Assembly (NCBI GenBank): GCA_965199955.1
Contig: CBDATQ010000002.1
Location: forward strand, 576,001 to 640,000
Direction of reading: 5' to 3'
Origin: Spirochaetia bacterium
Lineage (GTDB): Bacteria; Spirochaetota; Spirochaetia; SZUA-6; Bin103
DNA length: 64,000 nt
Below the pieces are notes generated by a model. That model did no database searches. It was not told the DNA's origin and saw nothing but the letters and a program-made list of their open reading frames with translations. Below, in pieces: positions 44,812 to 54,510 of the stretch (within the stretch, counting starts at the first letter, position 1; each line of letters starts with the position of its first letter). Made by a program: the position numbers and the translations under genes.

Positions 44812-45995
44812 TACTCCAATTGCCAACGGTCCGACAGTTCGCCAGCGTCCACCGACGCGGACCACAGGCCGTCGCTGGCCGTGAGCGCGAACACCGTGCC
44901 GGCGTCAACGGGGTCCACCCAGAGTCGCAGGATCGATGCGTGGTAGATAGCCTCGGTGGTGAGCGCCAGCCGCGCCACCGCGAAGTCGCCGTCCAGGGGT
45001 GCCGTGTAGTAGCCATGGCCGTCGGTGCCGATGAGCGCCGTGCCGCCCACGGCGATCGCCCCCCACAGGGGCACGGCCTGGTCCTCCACCCTGATCTCTT
45101 CCATGTCGGGCCAGGTCCCGCCCCCGTCCCGGGAGCGCCACACCGTCCCCGTGCTGCCGGTCAGTACCAGGGTACTCATGCCGTCATGGATCACGCCGCG
45201 GAACGTCGCGGAACCCTCCGGCGACGGCGCCGTGTCGGGTTTCCGCAGGCCGCCGCCCAGCGTCCCGGCGTAGAGATCGCCGCCGGACACGGCCCAGTAG
45301 GTGCCGTCGCCGTCGGTGGCCACCGCTGCGACCGGATGGCTGAGGCCGTCGAGCTCGACGCGGAATACGGGTGCCTCGGCCGATCGACGGGTAGCGCTCA
45401 GAAGCCGGTAGGTACGGTTCTCGCCTCTCGACTCTGCGATGACCGCGAACAACACCGACTCATCGCCGGGCGTGAACAGGCCGATCACCTCACGGCCGCT
45501 TACCGCGGAATCCGTGACCGCTTGCCAGGATACCGAGCTGGCCGTGATCCGGCTGCCGGTCGCCTGGAGCAGAGCGAAACGCTCCTCATCCACGAACAGG
45601 GCTCCGGCGAGCAGCGACGGCCCGCCGACGTCAGGCCGCCACCGGACCAGCGGCAGCATCACGGCGGACCCGCTCCGAGCGTCGAACGTGACGGCCATGG
45701 AGGCCCACTCGCCGGGGGCCCTCGTGTCCGTGCCGACCGTACGTGACCACAGCTTGCCGGCGGCGACCAGGTAGCGGTCGTCCCAGCGCGCGACGCCGCC
45801 GATGGTGATGTCGTTGGCCAGGTTCCGGTCGACGGTGGGTTGCTGGTGGGCCAGGTGATGGAAGATCCCGGTGACGGCTTCCTGGCATCCGGACAGGACA
45901 AGAACCAGCGCCGCTGCCGTAGCGCCGGCCAGCGCGCGCCGCAGGGCCACCCCATCCACCGTCGATCGCTGCCGCATCGCTGTCAGTAGTGCCAT
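44811..45995 (-). CDS. Lipoprotein, probable beta-propeller
   Basis: Lipobox VLSGC; BNR-like WRSRDGGGTW; IGTDGHGYY; follows TP0733-like gene. Confidence 0.7.
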   Translation of the reverse strand: MALLTAMRQRSTVDGVALRRALAGATAAALVLVLSGCQEAVTGIFHHLAHQQPTVDRNLANDITIGGVARWDDRYLVAAGKLWSRTVGTDTRAPGEWASMAVTFDARSGSAVMLPLVRWRPDVGGPSLLAGALFVDEERFALLQATGSRITASSVSWQAVTDSAVSGREVIGLFTPGDESVLFAVIAESRGENRTYRLLSATRRSAEAPVFRVELDGLSHPVAAVATDGDGTYWAVSGGDLYAGTLGGGLRKPDTAPSPEGSATFRGVIHDGMSTLVLTGSTGTVWRSRDGGGTWPDMEEIRVEDQAVPLWGAIAVGGTALIGTDGHGYYTAPLDGDFAVARLALTTEAIYHASILRLWVDPVDAGTVFALTASDGLWSASVDAGELSDRWQLE

Positions 45996-46002
45996 CCGCC
46001 GA

Positions 46003-46638
46003 TCAGAAGTGGTAGACGATCTGCGGGGAGATATCCAGGAACGCGGCCAGGCCCGGACCCGAGCCCGCCGCGCCCCAGAGCGGCTCGAACATCAGCCAGA
46101 CGCTGGCCGATCCCCCGAAGGACCAGTTTCGATCGTAACGGTAGAAAATCGCCGCGCCCGGACGAAGAACCAGGTTCACGTTGAACAGGTCGGCCAGCTT
46201 CATGAACCCGACGCCGGCATTCACGAAGACCGGCAAGTCGAACTGTCCCAGGCCGAGCAGGTCCGAGCTGAACTGGTAGCCCAGGCGGCCGGTGACGGGA
46301 ACTATCAGCAGCGGCTCCCCGTGCCGGTCGATCGCGAACATGCCGCCGACCTCGGCTCCGACCGTCAGGCGCGGCCCGAGGAATGCGTTCCAGTTCAGTG
46401 ACAGTTTGCCCCCCGGCGTCAGGTTGGTGCCGGTGATACCGGAGCCGCCGACATCGTCGGTCGGCAGATACGTGAACAGCGGCAACACCAGGCTGGCGCC
46501 CAGCGCCAGCATCTGGTCGCCCAGAACGTAGGAGTCGCCCGAGGTGGTCGGACCGGCGGCCGGCTGTGACACGTCCTGAGCCACGGCGTGGCCGATGGCG
46601 AACATGGTGGCGACCGTCGCGACGAGGAACCGTTTCAA
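46003..46638 (-). CDS. TP0733-family (OmpW/OprG-like) outer membrane beta-barrel
   Basis: Signal peptide, GDQML...LPLF, alternating beta-strands, terminal VYHF; TTG start inferred. Confidence 0.75.
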   Translation of the reverse strand: MKRFLVATVATMFAIGHAVAQDVSQPAAGPTTSGDSYVLGDQMLALGASLVLPLFTYLPTDDVGGSGITGTNLTPGGKLSLNWNAFLGPRLTVGAEVGGMFAIDRHGEPLLIVPVTGRLGYQFSSDLLGLGQFDLPVFVNAGVGFMKLADLFNVNLVLRPGAAIFYRYDRNWSFGGSASVWLMFEPLWGAAGSGPGLAAFLDISPQIVYHF

Positions 46639-46785
46639 GACTGGAACCCGCAGTATATCGTGAGCGATGGGAAAACATCCAGTAACCCGGCGGCTCGGTC
46701 GACCCGCGCGGGCAGGTCGGTCGCCGGCGCGGCGGCGCTTTGGGTATATTGCGAGGCATGCAGGTGCTCGTATGGATGACCCCTC

Positions 46786-47124
46786 ATGAATGACATAGTC
46801 CCGCGTGAGACGCTTTCCAGGCAGGGCGTGGCCGGCTTCACCGCGGCCGCCGGCGGCGTTGGCCTGCTGGTGATGGGGGCGTTGCCGGGAGTGGTCGGGA
46901 TCGTCATCGCCGGCCTGGTCACCGCGGGCGGTCTGGCGTTTGCCACGAGCAGGGACGATCGCCGGCCCGGGCTCGTGGTCGCCGGCGCCGGCGTGCTCGG
47001 CATCCTCTCCGCGGCCATCGGCGGATTCCCGGGCATCGTCCTGGGATTGGCCGGAGCGGGCCTGATCGCGTACGGCGGTCTGTCGATCTACCGCTTCTTC
47101 CGCGGCCTGAAGTCCCGGATGTAG
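46786..47124 (+). CDS. Small Gly-rich membrane protein
   Basis: 112 aa, about four hydrophobic segments, ends FFRGLKSRM. Confidence 0.75.
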   Translation: MNDIVPRETLSRQGVAGFTAAAGGVGLLVMGALPGVVGIVIAGLVTAGGLAFATSRDDRRPGLVVAGAGVLGILSAAIGGFPGIVLGLAGAGLIAYGGLSIYRFFRGLKSRM

Positions 47125-47162
47125 AGCCGGGCCCCGTCCGCCGACAATAGAAGCGGAGGGGG

Positions 47163-48173
47163 ATGGCAACCCGAGGGGCAGCGGGAAGCGCGCGATGGCT
47201 CGCGATCTCGGTGCTTGCGCTGACCCTTCTGGTTGACCGGGCGGCCGCGGCCGACCTGGAAGCGGCGTGGGACGCGCAGTTGCGGGGCCGCTTGCAGCAG
47301 GCGCAGGTCCTGCTGGAATCCGACCTGGTACCCGCGAGCCCTGCGCATCGGCTCGCCCTGGCGGGAGTGGCGCTGGAGTTGGGCGATCTGGATCGGGCGC
47401 TGTCCGCCCTGCAGCCACTCGTGGACGACGCCGCTCACCCGGACTTCCCGGGCGCGGTGCTGCTGCTCGGGCGCCTGCACCTCGCCGCGGGGCGGGACGA
47501 CGACGCAAGAAGCGCGTTCTCGGCCTCGCTGGCGCGGTCTGCGGACGGGCCGTACGCTCCGGCGGCGCACCTGGCGCTCATCCGTCTCGACGTCCACTCC
47601 GGGAGGTTCGAGGCACTCGAGGAACGGCTGCGTCGTCTCGCCGCGCTGGGCTCATCGCCGGAGCTCGAAATCGCGCTCGACCTGCTGAACCCGGATGGCG
47701 AAGGTGGTCCGGTCCGCCCCTTTCCATCGCCTCTCGGGCTGTTCGACGCAGCGCGATTGGCCGATGGGCTGGTCCCGTCCTCGTTGCCGGCGCTCCCCGT
47801 GGTCCGGCCGGCGGCGGATGCACGCTCCGTGCCGCCGAACGCGAACGGCGCGGGGCGTGGACGGTCGCCGGGAGCCGGCCTGCAGCCGGTTGCGTCGGGA
47901 GAGCCGGCCAGCCCCCAGGATACCGCGGCCGGTGGGGGCGCGCGGTACGCCTTGAGGGTCGGTTCGTTCAGGGACCCGATCAACGCCCGGCACATGGTGA
48001 ACGCCCTGCGCGACGCGGAGTTTCCCGTACACACGCGTCAGAAGGGCGATCTCGTGCAGGTGCTCGTCGGCGCGGTGGCCACGCGACAGGCGGCCGAGTT
48101 GCTGCTGAAACGGGTGCAGGCGATTGGCTATGACGGGGACGTCATTCCGTATCTCGCCGACTCCGGTCCGTGA
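47163..48173 (+). CDS. TPR plus SPOR domain secreted protein
   Basis: Signal peptide, TPR-like helices, C-terminal YALRVGSFRDPINA...VLVG SPOR domain. Confidence 0.82.
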   Translation: MATRGAAGSARWLAISVLALTLLVDRAAAADLEAAWDAQLRGRLQQAQVLLESDLVPASPAHRLALAGVALELGDLDRALSALQPLVDDAAHPDFPGAVLLLGRLHLAAGRDDDARSAFSASLARSADGPYAPAAHLALIRLDVHSGRFEALEERLRRLAALGSSPELEIALDLLNPDGEGGPVRPFPSPLGLFDAARLADGLVPSSLPALPVVRPAADARSVPPNANGAGRGRSPGAGLQPVASGEPASPQDTAAGGGARYALRVGSFRDPINARHMVNALRDAEFPVHTRQKGDLVQVLVGAVATRQAAELLLKRVQAIGYDGDVIPYLADSGP

Positions 48174-49683
48174 CCGGCTGCACCTGGTGCAGGTGGAGCA
48201 CCTTCGCTCCGCCGGCTGGCGCGCGGGGCGGGTCCGGTCCGACGGGCGTCAGCCGCAGCGAGCGCTCGACCCCATCGGATGAGGACTCTTCCGCGTAGTC
48301 GATCAGGAAGCTGAGATAGCCCCGATGAGTCCCGCGCGGACCGATGATCTTCATGGAGAGGAGCCGGCCGCGAAGGGCGAATCCGCCTTCGAAGACCTGC
48401 CCGCCATCGGCCCAGACGAACCGGTCGCCCAGGAATTCCAGCGAAAGGCCGTCGGCCGACCGGTAGTGACCGCTCAATGCGGCCACGGGCGCCGGGATCC
48501 GGGCGGCAAGCAGGGTCTCCTGCGCCGCCGGAGTCAGCCGCCGGTAGGTGCGGGAGCTGATCCCGGCGTACGGGTCGTGGCCGCGGACCTGGATCCGGAT
48601 CTCCGCGGCGGATTGCGCCTCGATGCCGAATGTCCTGGCGATGACCTCGATCGCCAGGTTGCGGGTCCACACGTCCAGATGCGCGAGCAGTGGACGGTGT
48701 GACGCGACCCACTCGAGCTGCTCCAGGATTTCGCCGTCGTAGATGGAGATCAGGCGTTCGTCAGGTGCGAACACGATCAGCTCCCTGGGACCCCCGGCGT
48801 CGTCAGGGCCGGACGGGTCATCGCGGTACCACGGTCCGGCGAGGAACGCTTCGTACGGATCGACGCCGGGGGTGGAATACAGGGCGAGGAGCCGCGATTC
48901 GGGGTCGGCGGGCGCGCTGACCGGCTCGGTTCGAAGCAGCACGTACCGCGCGCGTTCCGTGTCCCACCCATAGGTCAGGCGCAGCAGATCGAGCCCGCGC
49001 TCCGAATCCGGCGCCTTCACGTACGCGACGAGTGGCAGCGCGGCAGCGTCCTCGCCCCGCTCTTCGCCGCCGGCATGCCGTCCGCCCCCGGGGGCTTCGA
49101 TCGTCAGCGTGCCGTGGACGGCGATGCGGGCGATCGGCCGGAATCGTTCCGCATCTTGTTTGGCCGCATCTTGTTTGGCCGCACCCTGGGGGGCCGGGAC
49201 GATCTGATAGGCGTCCAGCGTCTGCCGATCGGAGCCCGCCGTCCCGCGGACCACGATCTCCGGGGTCGGATCGGCGACCATGTCGACCAGGGTGATCTGC
49301 AGGGTGTCGGGGTCGAGGGCTTGCGTTTCCGCCTCCCAGATCATCCGCCAACTGACGCCGTCGTCCTGGTAGTCGATCACGCCGACCCGGATCGGAGCGT
49401 CCGCCGAGCCGGCGCGGCGGAACGCGGCGATCTGCTCCTGGCCGGGATCGTCGTCCAGTGCGGCTGTCAGAAGGGCGATCCGATCGAGGCCGGACCCGAG
49501 CGCGGGCTGCGGCGGCGCGAAGTCCTCGGGTTTCGCGCCGCCGGCTTCGAGGCCGGTTGCGCCTGCGGCGACGCTGGCCGGCGCGGCTCTGTCCGCGTCC
49601 GTCGCGCCGCCACATCCGGCAAGCACGGCAGCGGCGCCCCCCACGAGCAGCCACGCTCGCACCATCACCTTGCCGCTCTTCAC
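48142..49683 (-). CDS. Pallilysin (TP0751)-related lipoprotein adhesin
   Basis: Lipobox VLAGC; LDDDPGQEQI, DMVADPTPEIV, EAFLAGPWY motifs recalled for this spirochaete family; start uncertain. Confidence 0.65.
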   Translation of the reverse strand: MKSGKVMVRAWLLVGGAAAVLAGCGGATDADRAAPASVAAGATGLEAGGAKPEDFAPPQPALGSGLDRIALLTAALDDDPGQEQIAAFRRAGSADAPIRVGVIDYQDDGVSWRMIWEAETQALDPDTLQITLVDMVADPTPEIVVRGTAGSDRQTLDAYQIVPAPQGAAKQDAAKQDAERFRPIARIAVHGTLTIEAPGGGRHAGGEERGEDAAALPLVAYVKAPDSERGLDLLRLTYGWDTERARYVLLRTEPVSAPADPESRLLALYSTPGVDPYEAFLAGPWYRDDPSGPDDAGGPRELIVFAPDERLISIYDGEILEQLEWVASHRPLLAHLDVWTRNLAIEVIARTFGIEAQSAAEIRIQVRGHDPYAGISSRTYRRLTPAAQETLLAARIPAPVAALSGHYRSADGLSLEFLGDRFVWADGGQVFEGGFALRGRLLSMKIIGPRGTHRGYLSFLIDYAEESSSDGVERSLRLTPVGPDPPRAPAGGAKVLHLHQVQPVTDRSRRDTE

Positions 49684-49692
49684 TTTCCCATT

Positions 49693-49722
49693 TTGACATG
49701 GTGACGGAACCGCCTGCACAGT
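49693..49722 (+). promoter_or_regulatory. Sigma70-like promoter of purB-guaA
   Basis: TTGACA (49693-49698), 18 bp, CACAGT (49717-49722), 5 nt before purB ATG. Confidence 0.55.
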
Positions 49723-49727
49723 GAGGC

Positions 49728-51203
49728 ATGAAGGCCGACAGTGGCGAGAGCCGGAGCATCTTCCGGAATCTCTCGCCGCTCGATCATCGCTACTACCTGG
49801 AGAACCGGGAACCCTTCGACCGCCTGGCCGACTTTCTGAGCGAGGAAGCGGCCGTGCGCTGCTACGCGCGCGTGGAGGTCGCGCTGCTGCGGCAGTTCGT
49901 CCGCATGGTGCCCGATGCCGTCCGGTACGGGCCGGGTGGCGGTGAGGAGCTGCAGCAGGCGCTCGACGCGGCGGCCTCCGCCATCGACCCGGCGGAGGTG
50001 CACGCCGAGGAGCAGGTCACGCGCCACAACCTGCGCGCGGTGGTGCACGTGCTGCAGCGGCGGCTCCCGGAGTCGGTCCGCCACCTGGTACACTTGGGAG
50101 CCACGTCGTTCGACATACAGGACACGGCGACCGCGCTTCGCATCGGCGGAGCGGTCCGCGCGGTGGTGGTGCCGTTGCTGCTCGATCTGACTGATCGCCT
50201 GGCCGATCTCGCGGAGGCGGAGGCAGCGACGCTGCAGGTCGGGCGAACCCACGGCCAGCACGCGGTGCCGATCACCTTCGGCTTCGCCGTCGCCTCGTTC
50301 GTGGCACGCCTCGACGACGTGCTGCCTCGCATCCTGCAGGCGGCCGGCGAGTTGCCCGGGAAGCTCTCCGGGGCCGTCGGCGCCTACAACGCCACCGCAC
50401 TGCTGGTCGACGACCCCCTGGAGCTGGAACGGCGCGTGCTGGCCGAGCTGGGATTGGCGCCCGCGGCGCACGCCACCCAGATCGTGCCGGCGGAGCCGCT
50501 CGTCCGGCTGCTGCTGGAGATCAACCTGGCGTTCGGGGTGCTGGCCAATCTGGCCGATGACCTGCGCAATCTCCAGAGGACGGAGATCGCGGAGGTGGCC
50601 GAGTCGTTCGACGCGTCTCAGGTGGGCTCATCGACCATGCCCCAGAAACGCAACCCCTGGAACAGCGAGCACGTCAAGAGCCTGTGGAAGACGTTCTCGC
50701 CGCGGGTGGGCACTTTCCTCATGGATCAGATCTCCGAGCACCAGCGTGACCTGACCAATTCCGCGTCGGCCCGGTTCGTGGGTGAGTACCTGGCGGGGTT
50801 CACCGCCGCCGTGAACCGGACGCTGCGCGTCGTCGGCTCGCTGCATGTCGACCGGCGCCGCATGGCGGACGCCGTGGGCACGGGCGGTGACGCGGTCGTG
50901 GCGGAGGCCGCCCACGTCGCGCTGGCGCGTGCCGGCGTGGCCGATGCTCACCGGGTGGTCCGTGAGGCGGCTGCCGAAGCGGGATCCGCAGGTGGCACGG
51001 TGGCGGACGCCCTGGAGCGTGACCCTGACCGCTGGGCGCTGCTGGAGCGGCTCGCGGTGGGGCGCGAAGGGTCAAGCGCGGCGGAGCTGCTGCGCGATCC
51101 CGGCCGATATTGCGGGATGGCCGCCGAGCGGGCACGGGCGGTAGCGGCCCGGCATCGAGAACGGGCGGCGGCGCTGCGAGGCGCCCTCGACGTCCCGGCC
51201 TGA
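49728..51203 (+). CDS. purB: Adenylosuccinate lyase
   Basis: LSPLDHRY, HLGATSFDI, GRTHGQHA, GSSTMPQKRNP, EHQRDLTNS. Confidence 0.96.
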   Translation: MKADSGESRSIFRNLSPLDHRYYLENREPFDRLADFLSEEAAVRCYARVEVALLRQFVRMVPDAVRYGPGGGEELQQALDAAASAIDPAEVHAEEQVTRHNLRAVVHVLQRRLPESVRHLVHLGATSFDIQDTATALRIGGAVRAVVVPLLLDLTDRLADLAEAEAATLQVGRTHGQHAVPITFGFAVASFVARLDDVLPRILQAAGELPGKLSGAVGAYNATALLVDDPLELERRVLAELGLAPAAHATQIVPAEPLVRLLLEINLAFGVLANLADDLRNLQRTEIAEVAESFDASQVGSSTMPQKRNPWNSEHVKSLWKTFSPRVGTFLMDQISEHQRDLTNSASARFVGEYLAGFTAAVNRTLRVVGSLHVDRRRMADAVGTGGDAVVAEAAHVALARAGVADAHRVVREAAAEAGSAGGTVADALERDPDRWALLERLAVGREGSSAAELLRDPGRYCGMAAERARAVAARHRERAAALRGALDVPA

Positions 51204-51209
51204 CGCGCC

Positions 51210-52754
51210 ATGGATACCATCCTCGTCCTCGACTTCGGTGGACAGACCGCTCAGCTCATCTGCCGGCGTATCCGCGACGCCGGCGTGTACAGCATCATCG
51301 TGCCCGGCGACCAGCCGCTGAAGGGCGATCTGCTGCGCGACCTCAAGGGCATCGTGCTGTCCGGCTCTCCTCACTCGGTGTACGAGCCGTCGGCGCCGCG
51401 GCCGGATCCCTCGCTGCCTGCGGCTGGCGTTCCGATCCTGGGGATCTGCTATGGCCTGCAGCGGCTGGTCACCGACTCGGGCGGCCGGGTCGCGGCCGGA
51501 GCGACCCGCGAGTACGGGCGGTCCCGAGTCCACATCCGCGAGCCCAGCCCGCTGTTCGACGGAGTCGAGGACGGCTTCGTGTCGTGGATGAGCCATAGCG
51601 ACGTGATCGAACGGCCGGCGGGCATGACGACGTTGGCGGTGTCGGAGAACGGACACCCGGCCGCGATGCACGACGGCGGGATGACATACGGGCTGCAGTT
51701 CCATCCGGAGGTCTCGCACTGCGAGTTCGGCACCCGCATCCTCTCGAATTTTGCCGCCGCGGTGTGCCGGGCACGGCGTGAATGGAGCATGGATCGATTC
51801 CTGGATGCGGCCGCCGGCCGCGTGCGGCGTCAGGTCGGCGCCGCGCCGGTGGTCACGCTGATCTCCGGCGGGGTCGACTCGGCGGTGGTGGCGGCCTTGC
51901 TGCTGCATATCCTGGAGCCCGATCAGGTACACCTGTTGTACGTGGACACCGGGCTCATGCGCGACGCGGAGACCGAGGAGGTCATGGCCAGCCTGCGCGA
52001 GCTGGGCGCCACCAACCTCCATGCCGTGGACGCGTCACGCCGGTTCTTCGCGGCGTTGTCCGGAGTCACCGACCCGGAGCGCAAGCGTACGGCGGTCGGC
52101 GACGAGTTCGTGCGCGTCGCGATGGACGAGCTCGAGCGGCTGGGAGTCGCCGACGCCTATCTCGCGCAGGGAACGCTCTACACCGACCTGATCGAGTCGG
52201 GGAAGGGCGTGGGCTCGCACGCGGACGTGATCAAGTCGCACCACAACGTGCGATCTCCCCTGATCGAGGCCAAGCGCGGCTCCGGCGTGCTGGTGGAGCC
52301 GCTCGCGGACCTGTACAAGGACGAGGTGCGCCGTCTGGGCCGGAAGCTCGGCCTGTCCGCGCGCGTGGTCGGCCGCCATCCCTTCCCGGGCCCGGGTCTG
52401 TCGGTGCGTATACTGGGCGAGGTGACCAGGGAGCGGTGCCGGGCGTTGCGCGCCGCCGACCGCATCCTGATCGAGGAGCTGCGCCGCCGCGGCCTCTACG
52501 ATGCCATCTGGCAGGCGTTCTGCGTGCTGCTTCCGGTCCAGTCCGTGGGAGTCGCGGGCGACGTGCGCCGCTATGGATCGGTGGTCGCGATCCGCGCCAT
52601 CGCGTCGGAGGACGGGATGACCGCCGACGTCTATCCCATGGCGGCAGAAGACCTGCAGGAGATCTCATCGCGCATCACCAACGCCGTCCCGGAGGTCGGG
52701 CGGGTGGTGTACGACGTTTCCAGCAAACCGCCCGCCACCATCGAGTGGGAATGA
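51210..52754 (+). CDS. guaA: GMP synthase (glutamine-hydrolysing)
   Basis: LDFGGQ, GICYG, QFHPEV, SGGVDS, IKSHHNV, HPFPGPGL, KPPATIEWE. Confidence 0.98.
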   Translation: MDTILVLDFGGQTAQLICRRIRDAGVYSIIVPGDQPLKGDLLRDLKGIVLSGSPHSVYEPSAPRPDPSLPAAGVPILGICYGLQRLVTDSGGRVAAGATREYGRSRVHIREPSPLFDGVEDGFVSWMSHSDVIERPAGMTTLAVSENGHPAAMHDGGMTYGLQFHPEVSHCEFGTRILSNFAAAVCRARREWSMDRFLDAAAGRVRRQVGAAPVVTLISGGVDSAVVAALLLHILEPDQVHLLYVDTGLMRDAETEEVMASLRELGATNLHAVDASRRFFAALSGVTDPERKRTAVGDEFVRVAMDELERLGVADAYLAQGTLYTDLIESGKGVGSHADVIKSHHNVRSPLIEAKRGSGVLVEPLADLYKDEVRRLGRKLGLSARVVGRHPFPGPGLSVRILGEVTRERCRALRAADRILIEELRRRGLYDAIWQAFCVLLPVQSVGVAGDVRRYGSVVAIRAIASEDGMTADVYPMAAEDLQEISSRITNAVPEVGRVVYDVSSKPPATIEWE

Positions 52755-52764
52755 GCCGACCGGG

Positions 52765-53430
52765 ATGAGCCTGTACCTGTTGGCCGTCACGCCGCTGACG
52801 TTCTACGCCGCGTGCGCGCTGCTTCGCGAGCGGTCGCCCTGCGTGCCGATCGTCCTGTTGCGCCGGTTCCTGATCGGAGGCCTGCTGGCGCTGCCGGGAT
52901 ACTTGGGCGCCGGGATCGTCACCGGCTGGTTCGGCTCCTCGTACGCCCCCGTGGCGCTGTTCGCCCGGCTGACCACGACCGGGTACGTGCTGCCGGCGGG
53001 AATGGCGGCGATCGCCGCCCTGGCGGTCGAGCTGCCGATTGCGCGCGCGGCGCGCCGCGGCGGGGGGACCGCGGACCGGCATGCCGGCGGCGGCGCGGGG
53101 AATGACGCACTTCCCGTGCTGGCCTCCATGACCGGATTCATCGCGTTTTTCACGGCCATCGAGCTGGCCGCGGGACGGTTTCCGCCAAGTCCGATGCAGC
53201 TTCTGATCATGCCGACCCTGCGTGCGGCGGCGATCGTCGTTCTGGCCTTTGCCTGGACGCGCAGGAAGCGTCCGCTTGCGGCGGTGCTGATCGCGGTGGC
53301 GGCCATCCTGTTCGCGGGGGAGGTGTCGCACCTGTACGCGGTCGGCTTCCGCGCTCCCGCGGGCGCACTCGCGGCAGCAGCGGCCGGGGCGGGCGGTTTC
53401 GCGTTGCGGGCCATGCGCGGCAGTCCATGA
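52765..53430 (+). CDS. Hypothetical membrane protein
   Basis: 221 aa hydrophobic ORF between guaA and next gene, ATGA overlap. Confidence 0.65.
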   Translation: MSLYLLAVTPLTFYAACALLRERSPCVPIVLLRRFLIGGLLALPGYLGAGIVTGWFGSSYAPVALFARLTTTGYVLPAGMAAIAALAVELPIARAARRGGGTADRHAGGGAGNDALPVLASMTGFIAFFTAIELAAGRFPPSPMQLLIMPTLRAAAIVVLAFAWTRRKRPLAAVLIAVAAILFAGEVSHLYAVGFRAPAGALAAAAAGAGGFALRAMRGSP

Positions 53431-54383
53431 CGGGACGCGCCCGCGCGGCTGCGGTCGCCGCGGCGACGGCGATGGTGGCGGTGGCCGGTTGCGCCCGGAC
53501 GGCGCCGCACCTGGTGTTCCTGGAAGGGCCGCTCTGGAGCGCGCTCGATGGCGGCTCTCTGCCCGACCGGTTGGCACCGGTCGGGAGCCAGGTGGGCCGG
53601 CGCTTTGAGGTGCGCCGCGCGCGGTCTGACGAGACGCCCTTGCGGGAGCTGGAGGAGCTTCTTGGTCAGCGCTCCTATCGCGGCGTGGTGGTCGGGCCTC
53701 TGCTGGCGCTGGAAATACACGAGATCGCGCCGATGTTCTCCGCGATGGAGTTCGTGGCCATTCGGCTGCAGGAAACCGGCTCGGGTGCAGCGGGAGCCGG
53801 ATCGGCATCGGCGGGTTTGCCCGCGAACGTCACCGAGATCCGCTTCGCGCGCGGCGACGGATACCGCGACGCGGGCCGGTTGCTGGCGATTCTCGAACCG
53901 GCCGGCACGATCGGCATCATCAGTGTGCGGGGACGGGACGAGAGGCTGGTCGCGGCGTTTCGGGAAGGCTACGGTGACGGTGGCGGGAGCGCCGCGATCG
54001 ATCACCGCCGGCTGGTCTCCACGCGGGACGAGGGCGAGATTCTTCGCCTGGTGCAGGATCTCGCCGGCAAGGGCGTTTCCACGGTGCTGCTCCCGGCGGG
54101 CCCGATGACGCTGCACGGGTTGCGGGCGATGCGCGGAGAAGGGATGCGCGCCATCGTCTCCAACTGGGGGCTTGCGGGCGGTGAACAGAGCCGGCCAATG
54201 GCCGACACCGTGCTCTGCTCGGTCGACGACGACCTGGCCGGCGCGCTTCTCGAAGCCTTTCGCGCGCTGGACCAGGAGAAGAGCGACGGCGGGATCACCG
54301 GCTCCACCGTGATCACCTGGGGAGGCGCCGCGCCGTTGCCGGCAGACGCAGCCGTCTACGTTGACCGGCCGGCCGGCTCTTGA
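53427..54383 (+). CDS. Hypothetical lipoprotein, periplasmic-binding-protein-like
   Basis: Lipobox VAGC; GYRDAGRLLA and AAFREGY resemble BMP/type-1 PBP segments. Confidence 0.6.
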   Translation: MTGRARAAAVAAATAMVAVAGCARTAPHLVFLEGPLWSALDGGSLPDRLAPVGSQVGRRFEVRRARSDETPLRELEELLGQRSYRGVVVGPLLALEIHEIAPMFSAMEFVAIRLQETGSGAAGAGSASAGLPANVTEIRFARGDGYRDAGRLLAILEPAGTIGIISVRGRDERLVAAFREGYGDGGGSAAIDHRRLVSTRDEGEILRLVQDLAGKGVSTVLLPAGPMTLHGLRAMRGEGMRAIVSNWGLAGGEQSRPMADTVLCSVDDDLAGALLEAFRALDQEKSDGGITGSTVITWGGAAPLPADAAVYVDRPAGS

Positions 54384-54399
54384 TAGCTTCGGCACGCGG

Positions 54400-54471
54400 T
54401 TCCCGGTTGTGTAATTGGTAGCACCCAAGATTCTGGCTCTTGTTGTGGGGGTTCGAGTCCTCCCCGGGAAG
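54400..54471 (+). tRNA. tRNA-Gln (CTG); CCA not encoded
   Basis: TTCCCGG/CCGGGAA acceptor, GTGTAATTGGTAGCAC D-arm, CAAGA-TTCTGGC-TCTTG anticodon arm, GGTTCGAGTCC T-arm. Confidence 0.96.
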
Positions 54472-54510
54472 TAATCCGGCCTCCGGTGGCGTCATGAAGC
54501 AGGCCGCTGA

